Below, piece by piece: positions 8,995 through 17,905 of a stretch of DNA of 58,136 bases (position 1 is the first letter of the stretch; each line of letters opens with the position of its first letter). The position numbers were made by a program, and so were the translations under genes. This stretch comes from a virus (taxonomy: Duplodnaviria; Caudoviricetes). Location: positions 1 to 58,136 of the IMG/VR virus record IMGVR_UViG_3300019886_000006. One strand, written 5' to 3'. The notes below the pieces were generated by a model. The model made no database searches and was not told where the DNA came from. It saw only the letters and a program-made list of their open reading frames with translations.

Positions 8995-11315
8995 ATGGCA
9001 GCAATTTTTGCCAATAGTTCGAATCAAATTGCAGCTCTTAAAGAGCTGTATACAGACGATTAATCCTTGTCGTCTGATGTTCGTGATCATGTATGAAGGA
9101 ATACATGAAAGATCTAGTGTATAAGGAAAATCCATTCCTTGCACTAGTTCCAAAAGATGAGAGCCCCGACGGTTTTGCTGGTAAATATATTCCAGTTCCA
9201 TTGGAATATGGCAATCCTCAAGGACGTTCTCATACATTTAGTAATGCGCAAAATCAACAAACAGCTACTTCGCTTGTTAGTTTTTTCGTGTTTGTTATTG
9301 AAGATTACCAATTGGTAACGATCACTAACTTACTTATGGAACAAACCAAAACAAACGCAGGTGCATTTGTAGATGCAGCAAAATTACAAATGGACGGTAG
9401 AGTCTGCCGCTCGACTTAGTAATAAGTCGATGAAAATTGGTCAAATACGGTGAAGGCTGAAATGCTAATACCGTGCTAAATACGTATCATAATAGGACGT
9501 ATCAGTGTAACGCGTAGTACTTGAAACTGTCAACTAGATTTGATAGAATAAAATAGTACCAAGAGTGACCAAAAACCCTCGGGGTTTAAAATGTACGCTG
9601 AACTAGATCAAAAAATTTGTACTAAGGATGGACAATTACATTCATTATCAGATTTTCATAAGAATAAAAATCGTAAAGATGGTTATTCTGCTTGGTGTAA
9701 GATTTGTAAGTCTGAAGCAGATGCTAAAGGTTACAAAAATAATCCTAGCAAAATTAAGCTAGCTACTAAAATGTGGAAAGCTAAAAATTCTGATAAAGTA
9801 AAAGTATCAAATGCTGGATATAAGAAACGAAATCCAGATAAAGTGAATGCTAATACTAGAAAGTACAAACGAAAGAATAGAGGAGTAACTAATGCTAATA
9901 CTGCTAAACGCAGAGCAGCATTATTACAAAGAACTCCCAAATGGTTATCAAAGACTGAACTAAATCAGATAAAAGATTTATACAAAGTCGCAGCAAAACT
10001 AACCATTTCTAGAGGAGTTTCTTATGAAGTAGATCACATTATTCCGCTGCAAGGCGAGAATATTAGTGGATTACATGTTCTTTCTAATTTACAGATTCTT
10101 ACGCAAGATGAAAATATTCGTAAGAAAAATAGATATAAGATCTAGAAGTAAAGGATAAAAAGCCTTTACGATAACATGCGGGATTCCGCAATATCACGAA
10201 CAATATCGCTAAACTCATTGGCGATATTAAACCCACTCTGATTGACTTGGACGCCTAGAAGTAGGTAACAGGGCGCAAGGCTTAGGCCAGCGTGAACGAC
10301 TAAGTGAGAGGGCGGCGAAAGCTGATGCGATAGTCTGAGCTACCGTATAACATAATAAGCGGTAGAGGTTAGCAGAAATGACTAACCCCGGTTAACCCCG
10401 AGTAACAATCTGTTTGAGTTGTTTGGTGATGGTACAGCAACACGCGGTACGACTACAGCAGCATCGACTCAAGTCGGTGGTACAGCAGTAGGCGGAGTAA
10501 CTCTCCCACTTTCAAATGCAAATCAAATCGTTGCATTCGAAGTAGGTCAGTTGCTTGTGGCTTCGGCTACACCAGGTGGTGCTCCAAGTACAGATACAGT
10601 CCTTGTAACTGCGGTTAACCGTGCAACAGGTGTGATTAATGGTACAGCGTCAGCTGCGACATTAAGCGCTAACTGGGCGATTGGTACAGGCGCGGCTTCA
10701 TTGACAGTATCAGGTGATCTACCGTCTACAGGAGCAGCTAATACTGGCTCGTTTTTGGCTCTTTCAGGCTTAGCGGCTTGGATTCCAACAACTAGCCCAA
10801 GTACTACTGACTCTTTCTGGGGCGTGAATCGCAGTGCAGATCCTACAAGATTAGCTGGCCTACGGTTCAATGCCGCAAGTCAGACAATTGAAGAAGGTAT
10901 CACTAATGCATTGGCATTCACTAACCGTGAAGGCGGTAAACCAGATCTTTGTATCATGGACTTTGCATCATATGCAGGACTTGTTAACGCATTAGGCGCT
11001 AAAGTCCAATACGTTGAGGTTAAGCACGATGAAGTAGAGGTTGCTTTCGAAGGTATCACGTTCCAATCAGCATATGGTCGTGTAACGATCCTGGCTGACC
11101 GCTCGTGCCCTCCGCAGACAGCTTATCTTCTTACCATGACTACATGGAAGATGCGAAGCCTTGGCAAAGTACCCCATATCCTTACTTATGGTATGGAAGG
11201 CCTAGAAGGCTTACGTGTAGGTAATGCAGATGCGTTAGAAATCCGAATTGGCTATTATGGCAATTTGATTTGTAGCGCTCCAGGCTTTAACTGTGTTGTA
11301 ACTCTGTCAAGCTAA
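8995..11315 (+). CDS. Major capsid protein, spliced: join(8995..9060,9096..9398,10181..10210,10413..11315), 433 aa
   Basis: AAGGAG SD plus ATG 8995; the joined exons read MAAIFANSSNQIAALKELYTDD/KEYMKDLVYKENP...KLQMDG/GFRNITNNIA/FELFGDG...; every junction is U|...G with P1/P10 pairing; HK97-like C-terminus; terminator follows. Confidence 0.88.
9061..9095 (+). ncRNA. 35-nt group I-type mini-intron with no catalytic core
   Basis: P1: CAGACGAU (9053-9060) pairs with GUCGUCUG (9069-9076), U.G at the junction; P10: UCCUU (9064-9068) with AAGGA (9096-9100); ends in G; removal restores the frame. Confidence 0.75.
9399..10180 (+). ncRNA. Group I intron (782 nt) carrying an HNH homing endonuclease
   Basis: P1 CGGU/GCCG; P2 hairpin 9411-9430; P3 UUGGUCA (9437) with UGACCAA (9566); P7 GCGUA (9512) with UACGC (9594); P10 GAGUCU/GGAUUC; terminal G at 10180. 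Confidence 0.88.
9591..10145 (+). CDS. Intron-encoded HNH homing endonuclease
   Basis: 'EVDHIIPLQGENISGLHVLSNLQILTQDENIRKKN' HNH motif; N-terminal Cys motifs; lies inside the intron. Confidence 0.9.
   Translation: MYAELDQKICTKDGQLHSLSDFHKNKNRKDGYSAWCKICKSEADAKGYKNNPSKIKLATKMWKAKNSDKVKVSNAGYKKRNPDKVNANTRKYKRKNRGVTNANTAKRRAALLQRTPKWLSKTELNQIKDLYKVAAKLTISRGVSYEVDHIIPLQGENISGLHVLSNLQILTQDENIRKKNRYKI
10211..10412 (+). ncRNA. Compact ORF-less group I intron (202 nt)
   Basis: P1 AAUAUCGCU/GGCGAUAUU; P7 GACUA (10298) with UAGUC (10331); P9 CUACCG/CGGUAG; P10 AACUCA/UGAGUU; terminal G at 10412. Confidence 0.9.
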
Positions 11316-11346
11316 CCTAACTAATAGAGCTTAATGTTCTATTTTG

Positions 11347-11381
11347 AGCCAAGATGTAAAAGTCTTGGCTTTTTCTTTTTT
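11347..11381 (+). terminator. Rho-independent terminator after the MCP
   Basis: AGCCAAGA...TCTTGGCT stem followed by a T-run. Confidence 0.85.
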
Positions 11382-11399
11382 ATGGTGTATTATTAATCT

Positions 11400-11696
11400 A
11401 TGAAAACCACACAAGCGCGAATGTATGTTGAAGCAGTAAAATATTGTGATTATTATATTAACAGTGACAGGAGGAGCTTTAGATCTGGATGGCGCTCCCG
11501 CGACAAAGACCTCAAAGTTCAACTTGGGTTGCCGAATGAGTGTGACTTAGAAGAAGTGGTGCTGAAGATGAAAGAGGCGCTGAAGTTTACGACAGAATAT
11601 TCAGGCGGGATATATCCCGAAGATGACCACGAACATTTGTGTAAGGCAAAAGTTAAATGTTATTTTGCCCTCGCGCCATTCAAGAAAGTGGAGTGA
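11400..11696 (+). CDS. Hypothetical protein (accessory island)
   Basis: First of a chain of overlapping small ORFs. Confidence 0.6.
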   Translation: MKTTQARMYVEAVKYCDYYINSDRRSFRSGWRSRDKDLKVQLGLPNECDLEEVVLKMKEALKFTTEYSGGIYPEDDHEHLCKAKVKCYFALAPFKKVE

Positions 11697-11905
11697 TGAA
11701 AGAATTAATCGAGATATTTAGAATGACCGAAATTTCGCCTTCAATTCGGGCCAATCTATTATTCAAAATGGGTGAACTTATAAACTATCAATTTGCTTCT
11801 AACGTTACTGAGCCCGTTATTTTTGAATTGGTTTCTATCTTAGATCCAAAACATCCAATGTTATCAGACGAGCGCTTTAGACGATTGGCTGGAGTTAAAC
11901 CATGA
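11696..11905 (+). CDS. Hypothetical protein
   Basis: ATG overlaps the upstream TGA (MKELIEIF...). Confidence 0.6.
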   Translation: MKELIEIFRMTEISPSIRANLLFKMGELINYQFASNVTEPVIFELVSILDPKHPMLSDERFRRLAGVKP

Positions 11906-12219
11906 CCTTCAAAGATGAGCGCGATGAGCGAACCATAAAATATGTCGGAGAAGCTAAATTAGATAACGGCTCCACAGATTGGAATAAAGCATTTTCGCAA
12001 ATGAATTTCAGAAATGGCGCTAACTGGGCGCTGACAAGCGAGCTAGTGCGGCAGATGGCTGAGGCGCTAGTGAATTGCGAGCGTTATTTGCAATGGAATT
12101 CGTGTGATTTATCCACTAACGACAAAACAACTCAAAGACTTAAAGAGCAAATAGATGAGTGCAATAATGTTTTAGCCGCTTACCAAGCCGCCATTAAAGA
12201 GATTGAAGGGGAGAAGTGA
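11902..12219 (+). CDS. Hypothetical protein
   Basis: ATGA overlap; GGAG SD. Confidence 0.65.
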   Translation: MTFKDERDERTIKYVGEAKLDNGSTDWNKAFSQMNFRNGANWALTSELVRQMAEALVNCERYLQWNSCDLSTNDKTTQRLKEQIDECNNVLAAYQAAIKEIEGEK

Positions 12220-12410
12220 AAAAATACATTCCTAAGTTAGTCGAAGGCACTGATGACCAATATAAAATTTATAACGAAGACAGAAGCGTAATGTTTTGCG
12301 GTGATCAACTAGATGAAGAGTTTGTGAAAGTTGAGGATGTTCTTTCGGCTATAGAAAGTGCTGAAGGCGATATTGATTATTTGGAATTTAAACTGAAAGC
12401 CAAGCCATGA
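12216..12410 (+). CDS. Hypothetical protein
   Basis: GTGA overlap; GGAG SD. Confidence 0.6.
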   Translation: MKKYIPKLVEGTDDQYKIYNEDRSVMFCGDQLDEEFVKVEDVLSAIESAEGDIDYLEFKLKAKP

Positions 12411-12616
12411 CAATCCCCACAACCACCCTTGTATCTTACGACTCAGCCGTGCCAGGCCATTATTACACTTGTGGATGTGGCTCTACTTTGGTTTTCGGTT
12501 TTAATAAAAAGATGCGTGGACATCACGGTGTTGACGTTGAATTTTATGATCCCTGGTATACACGACACGATGTCCATGAGTTAGAGCAAGAAGCTAAAAT
12601 GGCGAGGATGTTATGA
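12407..12616 (+). CDS. Hypothetical protein with a CxCG motif
   Basis: ATGA overlap; 'YYTCGCGS'. Confidence 0.55.
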   Translation: MTIPTTTLVSYDSAVPGHYYTCGCGSTLVFGFNKKMRGHHGVDVEFYDPWYTRHDVHELEQEAKMARML

Positions 12617-12697
12617 CCGACGACAAGATAACGAGCATAAGATTATATTAATGGATAAAATTATATTGAAAGAAGTTAAACGTCAAGATAAAGGAGA

Positions 12698-12970
12698 ATG
12701 GTAAAAATGAACGATCAAACAAAGACCCAGAAAGAATATCCAGATTTCTGTAATGAAGTCAATAGCTTAACATCAGAACAACTAAAGGCTCGTATCGTCC
12801 AACTTCAACAAGCCTTGTCTGAATCTGAAGAACATAAAAACTCTAATGAAGTCCTTCAAGCAGCTAAAGCCGAGATTAAAGAGCTTTCAGGCCCTTATCG
12901 TGATGTAAAAAAGGCAGTAAAATCTAAAACAGCATATATCTTAGAACTTTTACGAAATCAAGGTAAATAA
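12698..12970 (+). CDS. Hypothetical coiled-coil protein
   Basis: AAGGAG SD; helical. Confidence 0.65.
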   Translation: MVKMNDQTKTQKEYPDFCNEVNSLTSEQLKARIVQLQQALSESEEHKNSNEVLQAAKAEIKELSGPYRDVKKAVKSKTAYILELLRNQGK

Positions 12971-14196
12971 TGAGTAACGAAAATAGTATACTTTTAGAAG
13001 GTAATTGCTTAGACCGTCTTAAAGATCTAGACGATAATAGTATAGATTCGGTCGTGACCGATCCACCGTACGGTCTGTCGTTCATGGGAAAGAAATGGGA
13101 TTACGACGTACCAAGTGTTGATCTATGGCGTGAAGTGTTTCGCGTACTTAAGCCTGGCGGTCATGTTCTTAGCTTTGGAGGAACTAGAACTTATCACCGT
13201 ATGGTTGTTGCTATTGAGGATGCTGGATTTGAGATTAGAGATCAGGTTCAATGGCTTTATGGCTCTGGCTTCCCCAAGTCTCACGACATCTCAAAAGCGA
13301 TAGATAAAGCGGCGGGCGAATCTCGCGCCACCGAATACAAACCAAATTTCAAAAACAACGATTATGGAAAAGGAATGGGCGGCGGCGAATGGAATGCACC
13401 AAGTGAACCGCCAAAGTCTGCAGACGCGAAACGCTGGCAAGGCTGGGGCACCGCTTTAAAACCCGCTAATGAGCCTATATGTCTAGCACGTAAGCCTTTA
13501 GAAAAAGGGTTAACTGTTGCCGAGAATGTTTTGAAGTACGGCACTGGAGCTTTGAATATTGATGCGAGTCGGATTGGCTTTGCAAATGAAGCCGACGCTA
13601 AAGCGGGACGTTCTGAAAGGCCTACAACTTCAAAAGGCTTTCAAGCTTATACCGAAGGTGAACACGACGCGCTTGATAGAAGTGATAGGTCTCATATAAC
13701 AGGCCGCTGGCCAGCAAATATCATCCTCGACGAGACTGCCGCTGAAATGCTGGATGCGCAGAGTGGTGAGAGTAAATCTCAAGGCGGCGGTAAGAAAGCC
13801 GGAGTTAAGTACGGCTCAATTATGGGTAAAGTTTCAGACAAAGATATTGGGTCTGAGGGTTATTATGGCGACACTGGCGGAGCCTCACGTTTCTTTTACG
13901 TCGCGAAAGCCAGCAAAAAAGAACGCAATGCTGGGCTTGAGCGGATGCAAGATGGCGTCGTTACTGGCGAGCGTAATAATTCTGCGCAGGCCAATCATCA
14001 TCCGACCGTTAAGCCAATAAAACTCATGGAATATCTCTGCCGAATGATCACTCCACCAAATGGAATAATCCTAGATCCGTTTATGGGCTCAGGCTCCACA
14101 GGCGTAGCAGCTGTAAAACTAGGGTATATATTTGTAGGTATAGAAATGAGCGAAGAGTATTTTGAAATCGCAGAAAAACGTATTAAAGTCTCATAG
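12970..14196 (+). CDS. DNA N4-cytosine/N6-adenine methyltransferase (beta class)
   Basis: Catalytic 'VTDPPY' at the N-terminus; 'HPTVKP' and SAM-binding 'LDPFMGSGST' at the C-terminus. Confidence 0.95.
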   Translation: MSNENSILLEGNCLDRLKDLDDNSIDSVVTDPPYGLSFMGKKWDYDVPSVDLWREVFRVLKPGGHVLSFGGTRTYHRMVVAIEDAGFEIRDQVQWLYGSGFPKSHDISKAIDKAAGESRATEYKPNFKNNDYGKGMGGGEWNAPSEPPKSADAKRWQGWGTALKPANEPICLARKPLEKGLTVAENVLKYGTGALNIDASRIGFANEADAKAGRSERPTTSKGFQAYTEGEHDALDRSDRSHITGRWPANIILDETAAEMLDAQSGESKSQGGGKKAGVKYGSIMGKVSDKDIGSEGYYGDTGGASRFFYVAKASKKERNAGLERMQDGVVTGERNNSAQANHHPTVKPIKLMEYLCRMITPPNGIILDPFMGSGSTGVAAVKLGYIFVGIEMSEEYFEIAEKRIKVS

Positions 14197-14204
14197 TAAC
14201 GTCA

Positions 14205-14465
14205 TTAAAAAGTCCATTTAATCACTATTTTACGCTCCAAGATAGTTTTGGATAGGTATATAGCTCCGCCTATATAAAACCTAACCTCTTCGGGAGCTTC
14301 TTTTTCTATATCATTCTGAATCTTTTTGGTATAAGATGATACCATGTCATCTGCTCCTGTATATCGAATATATGCGTCCCTAGTCTTTTTATTAGCCTCT
14401 GGATTATGACCAAAAGTAGTTATACCAGTAATTATCATTAAAAGGAATATACCACTTGACTCCAT
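14205..14465 (-). CDS. Hypothetical protein, possibly exported or membrane-bound
   Basis: Hydrophobic N-terminus; C-terminal aromatic residues 'IKWTF'. Confidence 0.55.
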   Translation of the reverse strand: MESSGIFLLMIITGITTFGHNPEANKKTRDAYIRYTGADDMVSSYTKKIQNDIEKEAPEEVRFYIGGAIYLSKTILERKIVIKWTF

Positions 14466-14605
14466 GTATTATATTAGCTCGATTTAAATAAAAAATCAAT
14501 TAAAGTTTTTTATGTAATCTTCCGAATAGTCATAAGAGGTGATTATGAGAGTATATTTATTTAAAATAGTGACAATAACAGATTATACAGTTATTATGGG
14601 AGTAT

Positions 14606-14899
14606 ATGCTAGGAATTTTAAAGAAGCCCGTTCTATTGCAAATTCGACTTATCCTAATTCGATTATTATTCTTGTTTCGCAGGAATCCTAGATTTAAAGT
14701 AGGCGATACAGTCGTAAGTAAAACTGATCTTTATGTGTTTACGCCACCTACATATTATATGAAAGTAGTTAAAATAGAAAAAGATACTATTATTGTTAGA
14801 CATCCTATAGCAATAATAGGCCTACTATTTTATCGACCAGACGATCTTGTTAAAATCGAGCTTACTAAATTAGAAAGGGTTATTTATGGATTTGAATAA
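14606..14899 (+). CDS. LxxLEKVIYG-motif protein
   Basis: 'FKVGDTV' ... 'LTKLERVIYGFE'. Confidence 0.75.
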   Translation: MLGILKKPVLLQIRLILIRLLFLFRRNPRFKVGDTVVSKTDLYVFTPPTYYMKVVKIEKDTIIVRHPIAIIGLLFYRPDDLVKIELTKLERVIYGFE

Positions 14900-15077
14900 A
14901 ACTCGTAAAGACTATATAAAAACAGCTGAAATACAAGGCTTGTCTCGTAAAACTACAAAACAAGAACAAGAATGTATTGGATATGGCTGGGATATGTGTT
15001 TAAATGAAATAAAAGCTAAAGTAAAATTACTTTTACCCGATAAGGAATATAAGACATTAATGAAAGTCCTTAAATAG
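14886..15077 (+). CDS. Hypothetical protein
   Basis: Start ATG lies inside the TATGG of the upstream IYG codons. Confidence 0.6.
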   Translation: MDLNKTRKDYIKTAEIQGLSRKTTKQEQECIGYGWDMCLNEIKAKVKLLLPDKEYKTLMKVLK

Positions 15078-15085
15078 GATATATT

Positions 15086-15285
15086 ATGGATAATAAGAAG
15101 TTTTTAGAAGAGTTAAACACTGCGACCAAAAAAAAAATTTAGGCAATTTTGTAGAAACCCCTTTTCAGGATTTAACTCCGGAATCAGCTGTTATTAGGTC
15201 TATGGATAATCTCATATCTACATATGGAGAAAGATTCGTAATAGATATGATTCTGGCGATTTATATTATCGGAGCAAGCAAATAA
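15086..15285 (+). pseudogene. Frameshifted paralog of 23336..23533 (A10 homopolymer)
   Basis: MDNKKFLEEL...VETPFQDLTPESAVIRSMDNLISTYGE matches the paralog; the frame breaks in the A-run at 15128-15137. Confidence 0.7.
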
Positions 15286-15737
15286 TGAATAAAATCAACT
15301 ATGAAAATAAAATAAAGTCTCTACTAAGGCCATTGTCTAGAGAATTCTGTGTAAGATTTGCGCTGTATTGTGCCAAGGATTCCCGCCAATACGCAGATCC
15401 TAAAGACTTAGCCTTAATAGACAAGGCACTGGACTTAGTAGAGAAATGGCTTAAAGACAAAGACTCTGTAACACAGCAAGAGCTTATAGATGTTGCTGAT
15501 GTAGCTTACGCAGAGCATGTAACTAATGCAGCGGCTTATGCAGTTAATACAGCAGCTTATGCAGCTGATGCAGCAGTTTATGCAACTAATGCAGCAGATT
15601 ATGCAGCTTATACAGCAGTTTATGCAGCAATTTATGTAGCGGATAACCAGAATAAACTAAAACAGCACTATGAATACTTACTAGGAATGATAAACGGTTT
15701 AACAAGATTAGAAAAGGTTATTTATGGGGTAACTTAA
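15285..15737 (+). CDS. Helical protein with Ala/Tyr repeats and a C-terminal LTRLEKVIYG; paralog of 39586..40029
   Basis: Termini nearly identical to the paralog; AAY repeats. Confidence 0.8.
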   Translation: MNKINYENKIKSLLRPLSREFCVRFALYCAKDSRQYADPKDLALIDKALDLVEKWLKDKDSVTQQELIDVADVAYAEHVTNAAAYAVNTAAYAADAAVYATNAADYAAYTAVYAAIYVADNQNKLKQHYEYLLGMINGLTRLEKVIYGVT

Positions 15738-15740
15738 ATT

Positions 15741-15760
15741 ACCTAATACGCTATATTAAG
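15741..15760 (+). promoter_or_regulatory. Putative late promoter, copy 2
   Basis: ACCTAATACGCTATATTAAG. Confidence 0.75.
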
Positions 15761-15863
15761 GCTAGAGATATCCTCAAACCTTTCCCTTACGACTAACCGC
15801 AGTCAATAGGTGAGATCGCGGCTCAAGGCCTCTACGATCATATAGCGGTAATAGAGGATATTT

Positions 15864-16565
15864 ATGGCTAATCGTAATTGGGCATCAGGCGGCAAAGTCT
15901 ACTCGATGCACGTCTCTCCGGTACTTCTTGACTGCAATTTCGTAGTCGATTCAACAAATGGTAATGGATTAGGAATTAGGAGCCTTAAAGGCCCCGCTAT
16001 CCAAAACGTTTTTATGCATACAACAGTCACCCCAGGAGCCGGTAATAATAACCTAAATGCTCCAAATGGAGTAGTAACTAACCCTAATCCTGCGGCTGGT
16101 ACTATTATTGTACAACTACAAGACAACTATAATCGCTCATTCTCTGGTTTTGATTCTAGAATCAGCCCTGTATCAGGTACTCCTCTTACGGCTACTACTG
16201 CTGGCACCCCAGTCATTATAGTAAGCCTTGGTACTGCAACACTTGCTCAATGGCAAGCCAAAGGTCTACCACTAGGTGTAACACCTGCTGTTGGTGTAGC
16301 ATTTTCTGCTACTGCAACTGGTACTATAGGTGGAGCTGCAACAGTAGAAATCGCCGCCGCTACAGGCACAGGAGTAGCCTCTATTGAGACTTTAGGTGAC
16401 CCTAATACTACTATAGCTCCAGACCAAACAGTAAGTCCTACAGGTGCTTATATCATCCTACAATGCCGTGACTATGCAGGTGCTATTGTAGCTCCAGCAG
16501 ACGGTAGTGTTATTAGTCTAGGTCTATATCTTAGTAATTCATCTATCTTAGTTCAAGGCGAATAA
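15864..16565 (+). CDS. Virion structural protein (possible capsid decoration)
   Basis: Thr/Gly/Ala-rich, beta-rich; follows a late promoter. Confidence 0.6.
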   Translation: MANRNWASGGKVYSMHVSPVLLDCNFVVDSTNGNGLGIRSLKGPAIQNVFMHTTVTPGAGNNNLNAPNGVVTNPNPAAGTIIVQLQDNYNRSFSGFDSRISPVSGTPLTATTAGTPVIIVSLGTATLAQWQAKGLPLGVTPAVGVAFSATATGTIGGAATVEIAAATGTGVASIETLGDPNTTIAPDQTVSPTGAYIILQCRDYAGAIVAPADGSVISLGLYLSNSSILVQGE

Positions 16566-16589
16566 CTCCACTAATTACAAGGAGTTAGT

Positions 16590-17846
16590 ATGGCTGGAGC
16601 CCCAGGTATTCCTCAAGGGTTCTCGGTCCAAACCGGGAACCGAACAAATCTAATATCATGGTCGCTCTCAACAGGGGCGACTTCTTATACAATCCAACGT
16701 AGTCTAGATAATGTGACATTTACTGCATTGATCACTATTAGCGGTAGCCCATTAGCTACTAGCTATCTAGACAACGCAGTAATAGCAGGTACTCAGTATT
16801 GGTACAAAGTATGTGCTAGAAATACCGATTTTATAGGGAACGTATCATCAGGTTCTAACTCAATTACAGTAAGTAATACTGCTGGATTAGTGATAAATAC
16901 TTCTATAACAGGCCTAGGCATTCCTGATAATACCACGATAACTTCGGTAGTTAGCTCTACCCAATTCAATATATCTGCTGTAGCAACAGCTACAGGATTT
17001 ATGTTATTATCGAATAGCAACAGCCAATTTACAAGCTCTCAAGACATTGTTCCTACAGCTACAGGAGAGATGTCTTTAGGCCAGATCAGATTAATGTCTA
17101 GACAACGAGCAGATAGAGTTAATTCAAACTTCGTGACTGACTCCGAATGTAACCTTTATATCAATCAAGCCATGTTTGAATTATACGATTTGCTAGTTAC
17201 GACTTATGAAGACTACTTTATCGGAACTCCTATCCAATTCTCTACTGATGGTAATACCTTCCAATTCCCATTACCCGATGGTGCTACTACTTATATGAAT
17301 GGTATTAATACTAATACCACGATATTAGCCCCTCCACTCTATAAGTTAACTGGTGTAGATCTTGCTCTAAATAATGCTACTAATGCCTATGTAACTGTCA
17401 ATAAGTTCAACTTCATCGATAGAAATCGTTTTGTATACCCAAATACAGCTAGTACTATTTACGGTGTATTCAATATGCAATATAGAATGCTTGGTAGTAA
17501 TATTGAATTCATTCCTACGCCTACAGCAGGACAACAGATACGTCTTTGGTATATACCTAGAATGAATCAGCTTTTACAAGATACAGATATTACTACTCAA
17601 GGTATTTCTGGATGGATAGAGTATGTAATAGTTCGTACAGCTATATATATTTTAGCAAAAGAAGAAAGTGATATTTCTAATCTAGAACAACAACTAATCT
17701 TTCTTAAAACTAGGATCGAAGAATCAGCTTCTAATCGTGATGCAGGTCAACCAGATACTATCTCTGATACTAGATCAACTAGAGGCGGCGGATTTGGATC
17801 TGGCGGTTTTGGTTCGGGATGGAATGGAGGCTCAGCTGGCTGGTAA
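16590..17846 (+). CDS. Head-tail adaptor-like protein with an N-terminal FN3 domain
   Basis: FN3 pattern 'ISWS..GATSYTIQRS...YLDN...YWYKV'; C-terminal 'IRLMSRQRAD...YINQAMFELYDLL' is adaptor-like. Confidence 0.65.
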   Translation: MAGAPGIPQGFSVQTGNRTNLISWSLSTGATSYTIQRSLDNVTFTALITISGSPLATSYLDNAVIAGTQYWYKVCARNTDFIGNVSSGSNSITVSNTAGLVINTSITGLGIPDNTTITSVVSSTQFNISAVATATGFMLLSNSNSQFTSSQDIVPTATGEMSLGQIRLMSRQRADRVNSNFVTDSECNLYINQAMFELYDLLVTTYEDYFIGTPIQFSTDGNTFQFPLPDGATTYMNGINTNTTILAPPLYKLTGVDLALNNATNAYVTVNKFNFIDRNRFVYPNTASTIYGVFNMQYRMLGSNIEFIPTPTAGQQIRLWYIPRMNQLLQDTDITTQGISGWIEYVIVRTAIYILAKEESDISNLEQQLIFLKTRIEESASNRDAGQPDTISDTRSTRGGGFGSGGFGSGWNGGSAGW

Positions 17847-17905
17847 ATATTTGAAACTATTTAGTTTTATTAAGTCTACGTTGATGCAAATCAGCAGGTT
17901 AGTCA

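Noticed and set aside
6564-9063. Genome-wide TAA reassignment to explain the stops in portal and capsid
   Set aside because: TAA ends most genes, often in TAATG overlaps; the capsid case also needs a frame change; no suppressor tRNA was seen
9058-9098. T4 gene 60-style ribosomal bypass over the 35-nt insert
   Set aside because: No GAT landing codon lies in the exon-2 frame (which has TGA at 9084), whereas P1, P10 and the terminal G fit splicing exactly
9093-9419. Independent 108-aa gene (and 10419..11315 as a complete MCP)
   Set aside because: Both are exons of the spliced MCP and lack convincing SD sequences of their own
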